Of a DNA stretch of 64,000 bases, positions 41,330-55,800 are shown piece by piece. Numbering within the stretch: position 1 is the first letter of the stretch; each line of letters opens with the position of its first letter. This stretch comes from Vermamoeba vermiformis (lineage: Eukaryota). The translations under genes were made by a program, and so were the position numbers. Location of the stretch: assembly GCA_045837725.1 (NCBI GenBank), contig JBEWZL010000247.1, forward strand, positions 1 to 64,000, given 5' to 3'. The notes below the pieces were generated by a model, which saw only the letters and a program-made list of their open reading frames with translations, was not told the DNA's origin and searched no databases.

Positions 41330-42548
41330 TTACATCAATTGGTTGCTTGCCTTGTAAGCTTGGAACAGGACTTCAATGTCTTCTAAGACTCCTAACTTCC
41401 GAGGAGTCCAATTGAGCAGTCGCATTGTTTTCAAGGGCGAACAGACCACGTGGCAATCAGCGAAGTTCTCCCAGTCATTGCTCGGCTGACGCACTTTGAT
41501 CTCGCCGGTGAAGCCTGCAATCTTCGCGGCTGCGGAGTAGACCTATAACTAGATTAGTTATTGTATTTTAGTGCTTTATAACACGTACTTGTTCGTTGGT
41601 TGGATGAGAGAAGCCAACGACATTGAAAATTTGACCGTCGATTACGCTGACTGGTGCGTCAACTGCACGACGATAAGCATCGGCGAGATCTGACACATGG
41701 ACGTACGAGATCCTATATAAGCACTATCAGTATTATACTCACTAAGTCAAGACGGAATTTCTTACTGGTTTTGAACATTGCCGACGAGCTCAACTTGACC
41801 TTTCAGCGCAGCTCCAAAAACGATGTGACCGAATCTTTAAAGTGGGTATTAGTAACACTTGTATGATATAAGATAAAAAGATGTTGCATACATTCCAGAA
41901 CTCAAGCCATAGACCCAACCAGGTCGCACAACAACGCCTCGAGCAAGAGTCGATTTCAACACTCGTTGTTCAATCTCGAAGCGCGTAACAGCCCAAGGAT
42001 GAATATTTTCAACTTGTGGCGATGATTCATCGAGGATTTTGCCAGGATTAGTTCCATAAACAAAAATTCCGGATGTGTAAATGAACGTTTTGGATTTGGG
42101 CGATCTAAGAAGGGTTAATGTTAGCAGATGGAACAATGAGTTTATATTACCTTTCGGAATATTTTTCCACGACTTCTAACAAGGTCTCAGTAGAAGGTTT
42201 ACCGGACACGCCATCGATTGCTGGATTTGCAGTAAAGTCAATCACATAGCTCGCATGTTGCACCTCGTGCTCATAAGAAGTAGGCTTATTGACGTCTCTA
42301 TATTGATGTTAGCACTAACATAATTTTTCAATTGGCGGACTTGCCCTTCGATGACGCGGATCTCCTGCTTGAGCAGATTTGCTGCTTTACTCGGGGTTCG
42401 GACCATAACAGTGACTTTGTACCCTGCTTCTCTATATGAAAAAGATTAGTACATCATTAGTTAGTTTCACTGTCTAGACAAATTACCTTAAGGCGATCGC
42501 AACCGCACTTCCGATGAATCCAGCTCCAGCAATAAAAACTGTTGCCAT
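41330..42548 (-). CDS. NAD-dependent epimerase/dehydratase (atypical SDR), multi-exon
   Basis: VFIAGAGFIGSAVA, FIYTSGIFVYG, VVVRPGWVYG, YVHVSDLADAY, IFNVVG, LLNWTP. Confidence 0.88.
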
Positions 42549-43146
42549 GTTCTGTTTATCTTATACTTTTGTATTTTATTTATTTCAAAACATTAAGCTC
42601 CGAGTTCGTTATTTGAAGCGCCTCGGAAAAACGGTTCCGCTTGATCTAAATCGCCGAAGCGGCGAATCGGAGCAGTGAATCTGAATCTTCTAGAAATTAA
42701 CTAACTTTATCATACACGTCAAAACCAATTCATCATATATGTTAAAGGCGATAACGGAGTACAAGAAGCATTTGCGCAACTCCTGTCCTTGATAAAAAAT
42801 TATTATTATTTTTGCGACCGCATAACATACTCGAGCTGATTTCTGATGGATCCATCTTGTCATCAGCTTTGGTCTCCAATGTGAGAACACTGTGTATTCC
42901 TGTTCGCAACAGCGCGTTTACAGGAGTCAATTTGACATGTTTGACACGTTGACATCTTTGCGGATCTTGCAAGTGTATGCTGACAACCCAAAGTCGTAAT
43001 GAACCAATTTTTTAAGGAAAAAATGCCCCAATTGTCTATTTTGTGACGTTTAAAATAATTTTGCATTAATCGCATTGGTTTGGTTCAACTTTTTAAGACT
43101 AAGATTACTGTGATGCAATTAAACAATATTATGAAGTTGTCTTGCC

Positions 43147-46100
43147 TTATTTGGTGCTCAAGTACACAGTTTCAATAGTTTTTACGACTTCACCAATGAG
43201 TGGTCTGTCGTTCGGTTCTTGAGCCCAACACTGCGAAATCAACTTGCTAATTTGATGCGGGCAGTCTTGCGGCACGGCCATTCTTTTGCCTTGCAGAACA
43301 AATTCAGCCACGTCCCAGCTGTACTTGAACTCTTTGTATGGTTCGTCTTGTGTTATAATGGCCCAGAGTAACACGCCGAAACTGAAAATATCTGCGCTGC
43401 GCGCGTAATTTTCATTCTTCAATATTTCTACAGAGAAACCAAAATTAGAAAAATGTGAAAAAGCCGTAAATGAATAAGAAAAAAAGAAAAATATTTGCCA
43501 ACGATAAGTGTACGTACCTACGGCCATATAGATGGGTGTTCCAACGCCCTTTGTGAACTTCGAAGTGACCGAGTCCGACACTGATCGTGCAGTGCCAAAA
43601 TCTGCAAGTTTGACATTCACAATGGCGTCTTTTGAAGTTGACACGACTAACGCATTTTCAGGCTTAATATCGCGATGCAAAATATTGTTCAAATGCAGGA
43701 ACTTCAATGCTTCAGCAACGTCTAGTGCCAACTTCAGCTTGAACTTCATATCTAGCTGTTGCTTTTGTAATAAATGTTTCAAATCTCCGTTGGTGATAAA
43801 CTCGGTCAAAATCGCTCTTTTGCCAGTGACACGTGACGCACCGATAAACTGCACGATTGACTTGTGATGCAAGTTCATCATCATGCGCACTTCTTGCTCG
43901 AATTCACGTGTAATCTCCTCGCCGAGATCTTGCATCTAAATTAGGAAATGTTTTAGTAGCGCCCGGGAAATTTCGAGTTGCGGGTGCCTTACTTTGAGCG
44001 TCTTAAACGCAACTCGCTGACCACGATACATCGCCTTATAAACAGCACCGAATCTACTCATCGTTAGTAACACTATATAATATGAGTTAATAAGCTACTC
44101 ACCCTCCTTCACCAATCGCATCGCCTTCAACTTGCACCTCGTCAACATCGATCCATGGCGAGTGTTCGCTTGCTGCATCGAATTCAATCAGCGAATAGAT
44201 CTCTTCTTCAGGGAGCTCTATCCAGAATGACACTTGACACTTTGTTGTCATTTTCATTGTCAGCACAAGTTCGACTTCGGTACTGCCGCCGTCAGGCACT
44301 TCGAACACTTGTGGCGTTGCAACGAGGTCGTATTTGGGCGATACAATTGGTCTGATTTGAACGACAGTGCGGTGCTGTACTAGTTTGTCGTAAAGAGATC
44401 CGACGCTGATCACTTTGGACTTACGAAGTGACACGGTAAAACTATCCCGCACTACCTTATCGACAATCAATAGATTGCCTTTGGTGCCAAATTTGAAGCT
44501 TGTTTTTGACAGCTTGATAGGCAAGTCATCGGGCAGCTTGAATGTGAACTCTTTTGGCGGCGCGGAGTTGTTTTTGACATGTGACGATGATAGCGTCAAC
44601 ATTTCGACACGGGACTTGAGCTGTTCTTCTCGCTTTTTTCGCGCTCGCACGATAACTATGAGCAAGATCGTGGCTGCAATAAGAAGTGTTCCAAGAGGCA
44701 CTGTTAAGCCAACTACTAACGCTATTGACGTCTCAGTTGGGCAACTCATCATGACTGTGATTGTTTTTCCGACAGTTCTGATTGACGAAGAATGGCACGA
44801 ACGTCCTTCGCTTGAAATCTTCATCGAGGAGTCGATTTGACTGCCACCACACGTCGTAGTGATGGAAAAGACAGGCGATTCAGCCTCAGACTCGGTCATG
44901 TCGAACACCATCTCGCCTTCAAACTGCATGCAATCAAGTATCAGGGCATCTTTGTTGCGCACCACGAGCTTGGCATTAGGCTCAACGATCAAATCTGATA
45001 AAAGTTGTTATGTTAGGTCTGCGGCAGAAAAAGTGTTGATGAGACTTACTGTGAAAAGCTGCTACATTATGAAGGGTTGATAGTGATGACGTCGCTCCTG
45101 AGTGCACGAAAAGTGTTGATTTGGCAGGACAGTAAGCTGTTTCAACGATTATTACCAAATACAGTAAACAGTTGTGCTTTGATCGTGTACCGTCATAACA
45201 ATTGAACTCTTCCAAGGCACAACAAAAAGCATTGCCGTCAATACTGCATTGATTAGACCCCTTTTTGAAGGTCGATGGAAGCGCCAAACATCCACGAAGC
45301 AAATTGTCACGAACGTGGATCTGCTGCAGAGCTCTCATGCTACTCATCGCTGGCAACGTGCCACTGAACCAGTTCGATGATAAATCTCTAAGGTATTACA
45401 TAGATATTAGTACAAAGTTGCATGACTAAAATATTCTGTACGTACAATTTCATCAAAGTTTGCATTGTAGCGATTCTATTAGCAATTGTGCCGTTCAAGT
45501 CATTATTAGACAAGTCCCTATATTATAATATATTATAAATGAGGTCATAATGCAAGGTATTTACGTACAAGACTTTCAGGGGAAGGTCGAAAAGTTCGGG
45601 CGGGATCGTGCCAGTGAAGGTGTTGTTAGCCAAGTGCAACTCTTGTAAGCGGAATAATCGCGACAACGTTAATGGCAGTGTGCCACTGAAGCCATTGTTA
45701 TCAAACTGCGCCATATTAAGGGAGATTAGCTGGTTAATCGACTCTGGAATTGTCCCACTAAATCCATTGTTTTCCAGTTTTAAAATCCGAAGCAGTCCTC
45801 GTGTAGTTAATGTTGGCGGGATCGTTCCAATAAAATTGTTGTTGCTAAAGTCCACTTCAGCGATAGTATCCATATAATCAAACATATTCAATACGGTTCC
45901 GGTCAGCTGGTTGTTAGAAAAGTTGACAGAACGCAGTCTAGTCATTAATCTGTAAGTCATTGGCACTGTTCCAGTCAGCTGATTGTCGTTCACAGTGAAG
46001 AATACAAGCTCTGCAGGGAGAAAATTGGGTGATTCGAATGAAGGCAATGGACCCGAAAATCTGTTGCCGCCAAGTACCAAATCACCCAACCTTCGGTTTC

Positions 46101-47582
46101 TTCCAAGCGCTCTGGGAATGGTGCCAATCAAGTTATTGTTGTTTAGCAAGAGGCTTCTGATCGATGCGAATGTTCCAAATGACTCGGGAATGACGCCGCT
46201 AATTCGATTGTGCGACACCGCAAAAGTGACTAAAGATGACATTCGTGCTATGCTCGGTGGCAACGTTCCGGTGAGATTGTTAATCACTAAGTTGAAGGTC
46301 TGTAGTAGTTTCAGATTTCCAATTGTCTCGGGAATAGGACCTTCTAGTTGGTTTCTGTAAGCGTTGAAAACCTGCAGGCCGGTGAGCTGTCCAACGCTCG
46401 CAGGAATTGTTCCAGAAAGTCTGTTGACGCTCAATAAGAGTTGTTGTAGCATAGTTAGCCGGCCGATGTCATTTGGTATCGTTCCAGTTAACTCGTTGTT
46501 TTCTGCTTGGAGCCAAAGTAACTTGCGTAGATTCGTGATCGAGTTCGGAAGTGTTCCGCTGAGCCGGTTTCTGGACGCCAAAAAATGAGTCAATCCGACC
46601 ATATTACCAATGTCATCTGGTATTGTGCCACTAATCTGATTGTCTGCAATTAAGAATTGTGTAATGGTGGTGAGCTGCGTAACAGATTTGGGGATCGTGC
46701 CGGTCAAACTGTTTCCAATGACTTCAAAGCGCACTAATGTCTTTAATTCTCCTATAGACTCAGGTATGGTACCACTAAGCCGATTGTACGCAAGGTCGAA
46801 CGCCATCAGATTTTGTAATTGGTTGATCTTGTCGGAGATCGTCCCGGAAAGTTCATTGTGTGCTGCGCCGAAGTACGTGAGATTTGTTTGATAAATAGAT
46901 TCTGGTATTGTTCCACTGAGTTCATTTCGCGACAAATGTAATTCTTGAATTTTTTTAAGCTGTCCAAGTTCTGGTGGTATCGAGCCTGTCAATTTGTTCC
47001 CCGCTAGGAAAATGATCTCCAAGTCTGCATTTGCTGCTAGTGACGCTGGAATTGTTCCTTTTAATTGATTCGTGTTTAGCAGAAGACGCTGGAGGCGAGG
47101 AACTCCGCTAAAATCCGGTATGGTGCCAGAAAATGATTGGAGGATAAATAAATATAAAATAAATTCGGTAAATTAATCCATGTTGGTATTATTCCACTAA
47201 GCTGATTTCCACCAAACCAGAGTCGTTGAAGCATTGACAAATTTTTGATCGACTCGGGTAATGTTCCCGATAAGTGGTTGCCTTCTAAATTGATAACGTC
47301 AAGCATCAATAAATTGCCAATTGATTCTGGAAGCGTTCCAGTCAGTTGGTTGCTTGGCAGAATGAGCTGGACGACGCGCGAGTTGATGCACGCGATCCCC
47401 GCCCAATAACAAGCTGAAACATTGTTTGAAAGCCAATTATCTGATCGAAGCCAATATTGTCCATTTGTGGAGTGGTAAAGTTGAGTTAATATTGCACGCT
47501 CTTCCTCTTGTGGATCGCATCGTGCGCAATTTGTCAAAAATAAAACAAATACTACCAACACACGTTTAAATGATGCGTTCAT
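43147..47582 (-). CDS. LRR receptor kinase (TKL group), copy A; one homopolymer frameshift near 47130
   Basis: Signal peptide, LRRNT cap (W..CYWAGIAC), plant-type LRRs (LxxNxLSGTIP), TM helix, juxtamembrane beta domain, kinase IGEGG(F)G, HRDIKPEN, DFG, GTPIYMAVE, ADIFSFG. Confidence 0.92.
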
Positions 47583-47898
47583 CTTGCAGTCATGCTTATG
47601 GTATCTGTAATGAAGATCGTTACAAACGAAGAATGATTGAGAGGATATGTGACAGGTATTCGAGGCAATCACAACGTTTTACGTTTGACACCATTTTAAA
47701 TCTAAGCAAGCTTCCTGAACAATCTCAAAGTCGTAACGAACCAATTTTTTAAGGAAAAAATGCCTCAATTGGCTATTTGTGACTTATGACGATAAAGAAC
47801 AAATAATTTTGCACGAATTGCATTGGTTGTTCACTTTTTAAGTCCCAGATCTACGATTACTATGATGCAATTAAACAATATTATGATGTTTTTTTGCC

Positions 47899-50800
47899 TT
47901 ATTTGGTGCTCAAATACACAGTTTCAATAGTTTTTACGACTTCACCAATGAGTGGTCTGTCGTTCGGTTCTTGCGCCCAACACTGCGAAATCAACTTGCT
48001 AATTTGATGCGGGCAGTCTTGCGGCACGGCCATTCTTTTGCCTTGCAGAACAAATTCAGCCACGTCCCAGCTGTACTTGAACTCTTTGTATGGCTCATCT
48101 TGTGTTATAATGGCCCAGAGCAACACGCCGAAACTGAAAATATCTGCGCTTCGGGCGTAATTTTCATTCTTCAATATTTCTACAGAAGCCAAAATTAGAA
48201 AAATTTAAAACTATTCGTGAAAAAGCCGTAAATGAATGCTCAGAAAAGAAAAATATTGCCAAAGATAAGTGTACGTGCCTACGGCCATAAAGATGGGTGT
48301 TCCAACGCCCTTTGTGAACTTCGAAGTGACCGAATCTGACACTGATCGTGCAGTACCAAAGTCTGCAAGTTTGACATTGACAATGGCGTCTTTTGAAGTT
48401 GACACTACCAATGCATTTTCAGGCTTAATATCGCGGTGTAAAATATTGTTCAAGTGCAAGAACTTCAGCGCTTCAGCAATGTCTAGTGCCAACTTAAGCT
48501 TGAACTTCATATCTAACTGTTGCTTTTGCAATAAATGTTTCAAATCTCCGTTGGTGATAAACTCGGTCAAAATCGCTCTTTTGCCTGTGACTCGTGACGC
48601 ACCGATGAACTGCACGATAGATTTGTGATGCAAATTCATCATCATGCGCACTTCTTGCTCGAACTCACGTGTAATCTCCTCGCCGAGATCTTGCATCTAA
48701 ATTAGGAAAAAAATTAGTACCGTGAAAATTCGAGTTTTGCGAGTGCCTTACTTTGAGCGTCTTAAACGCAACTCGTTGACCACGATACATCGCCTTATAA
48801 ACAGCACCAAATCTACTCGTCGTTAGTAACGCTATATAATATGAATCAATAAGCTACTCACCCTCCTTCGCCAATCGCATCGCCTTCAACTTGCACCTCG
48901 TCAACATCGATCCATGGCGAGTGTTCGCTTGCTGCATCGAATTCAATCAGCGAATAGATTTCTTCTTCAGGCAGCTCTATCCAGAATGACACTTGACACT
49001 TTGTTGTCATTTTCATTGTCAGCACAAGTTCGACTTCGGTACTTCCGCCGTCAGGCACTTCGAACACTTGTGGTGTTGCAATGAGGTCGTATTTGGGTGA
49101 TATAATTGGTCTGATTTGCACGACAGTGCGGTGCTGTACGAGTTTGTCGTAAAGAGATCCGACGCTGATCACTTTGGACTTGCGTAGTGACACGGTAAAG
49201 CTGTCCCTGACCGGGTGATCAACAATCAACAGATCACCTTTCGTGCCAAATTTGAAACTCGTCTTTGACAGCTTGATCGGCAAGTCATCAGGCAGTTTGA
49301 ACTTGAACTCTTCTGGTGGCGCTGAGTTGTTTTTGACATGTGACGCTGACAGTGTCAACATTTCGACACGTGATTTGAGTTGGTCTTCTCGTTTTCTTCG
49401 CGCACTCATAGTAACTATGAGCAAGATCATGGCTGCAATAAGAAGTATGCCAAGCGGTACTGTCAAGCCAACCACTAACGCTATTGACGTCTTGTCTTGT
49501 GGACAGCTCAACGTGAATGTGATTGTTTTGGAGACGGATCTGATGGACGGTGAATGGCAGGTACGTCCTTCACTCGATATCTTCATCATAGAATCAAAAT
49601 TACTGCCGCCACATGTTGTCGTGATGTAAAACACTGGTGTCTCTACTTCTGACTCGGCCATGTCGAACACAATCTCGCCTTCAAATTGCATGCAATCAAT
49701 GACCAGAGTGTCTTTGTTGCGTACCACGAGCGTGGCGTTAGGTTCAACAATCAAATCTGAATAAACGAAGGAACTTTAGTCCGTGATCGGATCAGATTCG
49801 CAATAATTGGTTGGACTTACTATGAAACGCCACCAAGTTATGTATATCCGATAGTCTTAATGTTGTTCCTGAATGTACATAAAGCGTTGACTTGGCAGGA
49901 CAATAAGCTGTTGTTTGACGGTTAGTACCAAAAAAGACAGATCGGATGCGTAGATTCAGTACGTACAGTCGTAGCACTTGAACTCTTCTGTAGAGCAACA
50001 AAACGCGTTTCCATCAATATTACATTGGCTGGCTTCACTTTTGAAGGTCGAAGGTAGCGCCAAACATCCGCGAAACAAATTGTCTTGGATGTGGAGCTGT
50101 TGAAGTGTTCTCATATTGTTCATCGCTGGCAACGTGCCAGTAAACCAATTCGAAGAAATATTACTTAAATATCGTTAGTTTGACGCTAGTAGCGTTTGTA
50201 GTATTACTTACAGTTTTCTCAAATTTTGCATCGAAGTGATTCCGTGCCCTATTGTACCATTCAAGTTGTTGTTAGACAAGTCCCTAAATAATAATATACG
50301 TTAGTATGTGTAGCTCAATGCGATATCTCCAACGTACAGCTCGGCTAGAGGCAGTTCGAAAAGTTCGACTGGGATCGTGCCAGCGAGGTCATTGTTGGCC
50401 ATGTGCAGCTCTTGCAAGCGAAACAATCGAGACAGCGTTGACGGAAGTGTGCCACTGAACGCGTTGTTGTCAATTTGCACGTAGTTTAGAGAACTCAATT
50501 GTCCAAATGACTCCGGAATCGTGCCGCTGAATCGATTGTTGTCGATCTTTAAAATTCGTAGTAGACCTCTTGTAGTCAATCCTGGCGGGATAGTTCCGAT
50601 GAACTTGTTGTCACTTAAGTATAGTTCAGCAATAGTGTTGGTCAAATCAAATAAATGCAACACAGATCCGGTTAGCTGATTGTTCGACAAGTCGACAGTG
50701 CGCAATCTGTTCAGCAACCCGTAAGTGATGGGCACGGTGCCTGTCAGTTGATTGTCATTTGCCGTGAAGTAACCAAGCCCTGAGGGTAGAAATCCGGGTG

Positions 50801-52358
50801 ATTCGAATGAAGGCAAGGGACCCGAGAGTCTGTTGGCGCCAAGTGTCAGATCCGTCAATCGTCTGTTTCTTCCGAGAGCTCGAGGGATAGTACCAATCAA
50901 GTTATTGTTGTTCATTATGAGGCTAACGATCGATGGAAGTGATCCAAATGACTCGGGAATGACACCGCTGATGCGATTGTGTGCCACTGCGAAGGTCGTT
51001 AAAGACGCCATGCCACCAATGCTCTGTGGCAACGTGCCAGTGAGATTATTGAACACTATGTTGACGATCTGGAGTTGTTGTAGGTTTCCTATTGTGTTGG
51101 GTATAGGACCTTCCAGTTGGTTAGCGTAAGCGTGGAAAGACTGAAGTGCGGTGAGCTGTCCAATGCTCTCAGGAATTGTTCCAGAAAATCTGTTGAAGCT
51201 CAATAACAGTTGTTGAAGCTGCGTTAGCTGGCCTATATCGTTGGGTATCGTTCCTGTGAGCTCGTTATTTTCTACTTGAAGCCAGAGCAAGTTGTGCAGA
51301 TTCGTGATCGAGTTCGGAAGTGTTCCGCTAAGACGGTTCCTGGACGCCAAGAAGTGCGTCAGCCCGACCATATTTCCAATATCATTTGGTATTGTGCCAG
51401 TAAGCTGATTGTCTGCGATTAAGAACTGCGTGAGTGTTGTTGTGAGCTGCGTAACAGATTTGGGGATCGTGCCGGTCAAATTGTTTGAAAGGGCTTCAAA
51501 GCGCACTAATGTCTTTAATTCTCCTATTGACTCGGGTATTGTTCCACTAAGCTGATTGTATGCGAAGTCGAAGGCTAGAATGTTCTGAAATTGGCGAATC
51601 TTGTTGGAGATCGTGCCAGAGATTTTGTTGTGTGATATGCTAAAGATCCCAAGACTCGTTATTTGATAGATTGACTCTGGTATTGTTCCACTAAGTTCAT
51701 TACGGCCCAAGAGTAATTGTTGCAGTTTGGTTAGCGTTCCTAGTTCCGCTGGGATCGAGCCAGTTAGCTTATTTCCAGCGAGAAAAATGGTGTCCAAGTA
51801 GGTGTTTGCTGCTAAAGATGCTGGTATCGTTCCTTCAAGCTGATTGGTGTTGAGATAAAGATGCTGAAGGCGCGGAAGGCCACTGAAATCCGGTATCGTG
51901 CCCGTAAATTGATTTGAGGGCAAAAATAAATAAAATAAATTCGTTAAATTATTGATCCACGTTGGTATTGTTCCACTAAGCTGATTTCCACCAAGCCAGA
52001 GTCGTTGAAGCATTGACAAATTTTTGATCGACTCGGGAATTGTTCCCGATAAGTGGTTACCTTCTAAATTGATGAGATCGAGCATTAATAAATTTCCAAT
52101 CGATTCTGGAAGTGTTCCAGTCAGTTGGTTGCTTGGCAGATTGAGCTGGACGACGCGCGAGTTGATGCACCCGATCCCCGCCCAATAGCAGGCTGAAACA
52201 TTGGTTGAAAGCCAATTATCTGATCGAAGCCAATATTGTCCATTTGTGGAGTGGTAAAGTTGAGTTAATATTGCACGCTCTTCCTCTTGTGGATCGCATC
52301 GTGTCCAATTTATCAAAAATAATACTGCGACGACCAACAAAGGTTTAGGTACTTGCAT
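47899..52358 (-). CDS. LRR receptor kinase (TKL group), copy B
   Basis: Same architecture and intron positions as copy A; uninterrupted 685-codon LRR ORF; kinase almost identical to copy A. Confidence 0.95.
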
Positions 52359-52891
52359 CGTGCGTTTAAATAATAAGGTTGCTCAGTTTCGTCCCAATGA
52401 CGAGTTTTGACGTTTGTCTGAGGACACAATATTGCGAAGCACAAGATGGATCAAGCAACAACATTTAATACTGAGATTTATGACCAATATAGTACGTACA
52501 TGTTTGAATATATCAAGAATACACAGATTAAAGTCGATTGGCGAAGTAAAGATTTCGATTTAGAAAACCCTAAATCGAATTTTTTTTTTTTCCTTAATCA
52601 TTTAATTAATTATTTAATATTCAAAAGACAAAACTTCAAGCTGCCCATTCTCCTAAACAGCTTCAGTAGATAAAACGCTTGCCGCAAAAAACACTTGCTC
52701 AACGATCGTTGTTGGTCGTGCTCTCAGAACGGGTGCGTAGCTTCTATTTTGGTTGTGACCGTGCTCGTAGAAATAACCAAACTTTCTTTAGTTAGTTTGT
52801 CCGCTCCGCAGTGTCTTCGCGTCGAGCCGATTTGTCCACGATTGTTCCCTCCGCACCACCAAAGAACAACAAACAAGGTGAAGTTGTTTGA

Positions 52892-55800
52892 ATGAATCCT
52901 AAAGAAGAGCCTCGTCGACTGTCTGAGTTGCAATTGATAGAAGTCGTGGACGAGCTGTGTTCCAGTCCCGGCTCTAACTGGCGTCACATCGGCCTATTTT
53001 TCGAAGAAAAGCATCGATTTAAAATATCTTACGAACTGTTGAAAGCCTACGCTCCGCAAGCCACACCGGACAGAGATCTTTGTAGGAATTTAATTGCAAA
53101 CCTCATGGAACGCGGCGTCACAATAGAAGAATTTGTCACTGTGTTAGAAGACAGAAGAATAGGTCTCAACGCTCTTGCTTCTGATTTACGAAAACGATTT
53201 GGATTAAAATTGGCCCACTTTTCAGATCCGAACAGTTTAACTTCGAAACCTTTTTATTTCGAAGTCACTAATGACTTGACGCTGCAAATAGCGGGTAACG
53301 ATACCATTGAAGAACTTGATGCCTTGCTGCAACAGAAGCGTCAAGTCATCATCAACAACGAGATTTCTGCGAGCGGAACAACTCTGGCTAATGTGCGTCC
53401 TATTCTTTATGACTTTAAGTGCTTATTTAACGCCATTTATATGCAGGAGTTTTGTCGCAAAGCGAAAGGGTACACTTACGTTTTGTGGCTCGATGGTGCG
53501 GATGATACGAGGCTCCTTGCAAGTTTTCTCCGCTTGGCTGATTGGTTCAAGATTCCTATTCCAGACGTATCATCTCTTGACATTTTTGCTGCCAGTTATC
53601 TGAAACAAATATTCGATCGACTTGGCGAAAGACCGACGCTCTGGGTGTTTGATAGCTGCACATCCGTTAACGCAATGCAAAGGTTTTTTCCTACCCGGTC
53701 AGAAGCCTACCACGTAATTCTGACAGTTAAATCCATCCCTGCTGTCGAAAAGGACTTGGTAGATATTTGGCCCAAGCCAGATCTAAAATCATTTGACGAG
53801 AAATGTCTTCTCTTTGTGCGAATGATAGCTATGCTCGACAAGCCCGAATTCCCAGCAGCCATACTCTTTAACACTGACGTATTTGTACCACTTGCTAGCA
53901 CAACGAAAGAAAGTGATCTACAAAAACTTCTTCAGCCATTGACCGAAAGGCAATTCGTCAGCTTCACAACAGCAAAGAACAGAACGATGATCCAAGTTAA
54001 CGAGCAGTACCACCAGTTTTGTAAATCAGTTGCTTTACCTGAAGCCTTAGAAAAATGGATTGATGTGCTTGCATCGACGAACAGCAGCTTCAACGATTGG
54101 ACATTTAACCAGGCGAAAGCAAACATCTTTGCAGCAATAAGTCCCTACGCTAGCAAATCTACTCAAGAAGCACCAAGATACTTGAACACAGTCGCTCAAT
54201 TTCTTGGATTTTGGAATGCAACTTACAAATTTCCACCAGATTTCTTTGTGAACTCAGCATTCAACACCATAGATCCCAACACTGTGGCACTAATCAAGGC
54301 ACTTTGTGTTATTGAACAAGATCCCCACTTTGATCCATTCCCAAAGCAATCAAACACAACAAATCAGTTATTAGAGCGTTATTGCCATGCTCGACAGATT
54401 CTCTATTCGTGCAACTTTGATGATGCATACAATGTACTCAAAAAGTGCAATGACTCTGCAGTCACAATGTTAGGCCCTTGTCATCCATTCACACTAAAGC
54501 TTGTCTACTGGTTGATCAGAACTCTGCTATCGAAACGCCAGCTAAGAGTGGCGAAAGAAATGCTTGAAGAGAAGGTTTATGACAGCCACACCATTCTTGA
54601 TTTCATTTTCTTGAAGTTTCACAAGCAGTTAGAAGACCCAACTGTAACCAAATGGATGATCTGCGTTGCTGATACCCTTCTTTATTGTGGTGAATTGGAA
54701 GAATCATACAAGATATACAAAGAGAGTCTCAAACACCAGCTCACATTTGATGTTCTGTTTGACAATTACCTGATTAGAACACTAGTTGGCTTGCTTTGTT
54801 ATGAAATGGAAGTTCGATTGACCAATGCTGCACGACAGAGTGAAATCATATCAAATGGTGCAATTAGTTGGGAAGATGTAATGTTGCATGTCAAATCAAC
54901 ATTGGTTGAAGAGAAATTCAAAGATTTCTCCATTTCACCATATTACTACCACTTAATTGCACTATGTAATCAATATCCATATCGCATACCACCTAGGTCA
55001 GACCCAATCATCAGACACCAACTGCACTTGAAAGATCAATTCATGGAAGTGACTCTTTACAACCAATCCTTAGTAATGTGGAAAGAAGGCCCACAATACA
55101 GTGTAATCTATACACATGCATTATCAAACTTGGACAACAATTGTCTGAAATTTCTCCAAAGACTTGCATTGGTCACGCTAGCACCACCACCAGTGCTTTT
55201 GAATTCAATTTTCAATCAAAAATGCAATCCAAGAAAGTATGATAGACTGACAGATTTGTTCAAACAAAACTTTCTCTCCAACAAGGAAAATCCAATCATT
55301 CAGTTAAAAATCAACATGTATATTCCATTACTGAGGAGTACAATGAATGTTGAAGACGCAGTGAGATGGTGGACAAAGAAATTGAAGGCAGCAATTACAT
55401 GTAAAGCCTCAAATGATCACTATCTGCAACAAAGTGTCATATTTCATGATCTGTCTGACATTGTTAGAAATATCATGAATGATGAAGTTGCCATGGAGTT
55501 TTGGACAACACTTTTGGAGTTTCTTGTGATTTGTAAAGAGGTGCCAGCGATTAGAGACATCAATAATTTCAAGCACACAGCCATCAAGAATCGCTTTCCA
55601 GTCCATTCAAGATTAATTGAAGGTGTTTGCCTTCGATCAATTGGCAAGTGGAAGGAAGCTGTAGAATGTTTCACAGGACAAGTGACATTACAATCCCAGA
55701 ATTTCCCAGATAAGCAGAAGCTACTTCAGCTCTCTCAGTTTTTGTTAGCACGATCTTTATCAGAACCAGATGACAAAGACAATCCAAACTTGACAAAGGC

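Larger units (their letters stand above)
42988..52358. repeat. Tandem duplication, unit ~4.75 kb, containing the two LRR kinases
   Basis: The 3' flank CAAAGTCGTAA.GAACCAATTTTTTAAGGAAAAAATGCC occurs at ~42988 and ~47726; introns are also alignable. Confidence 0.9.

Noticed and set aside
45523-52200. 72-bp periodic repeats as a non-coding array
   Set aside because: Fully explained by 24-aa LRR coding repeats.
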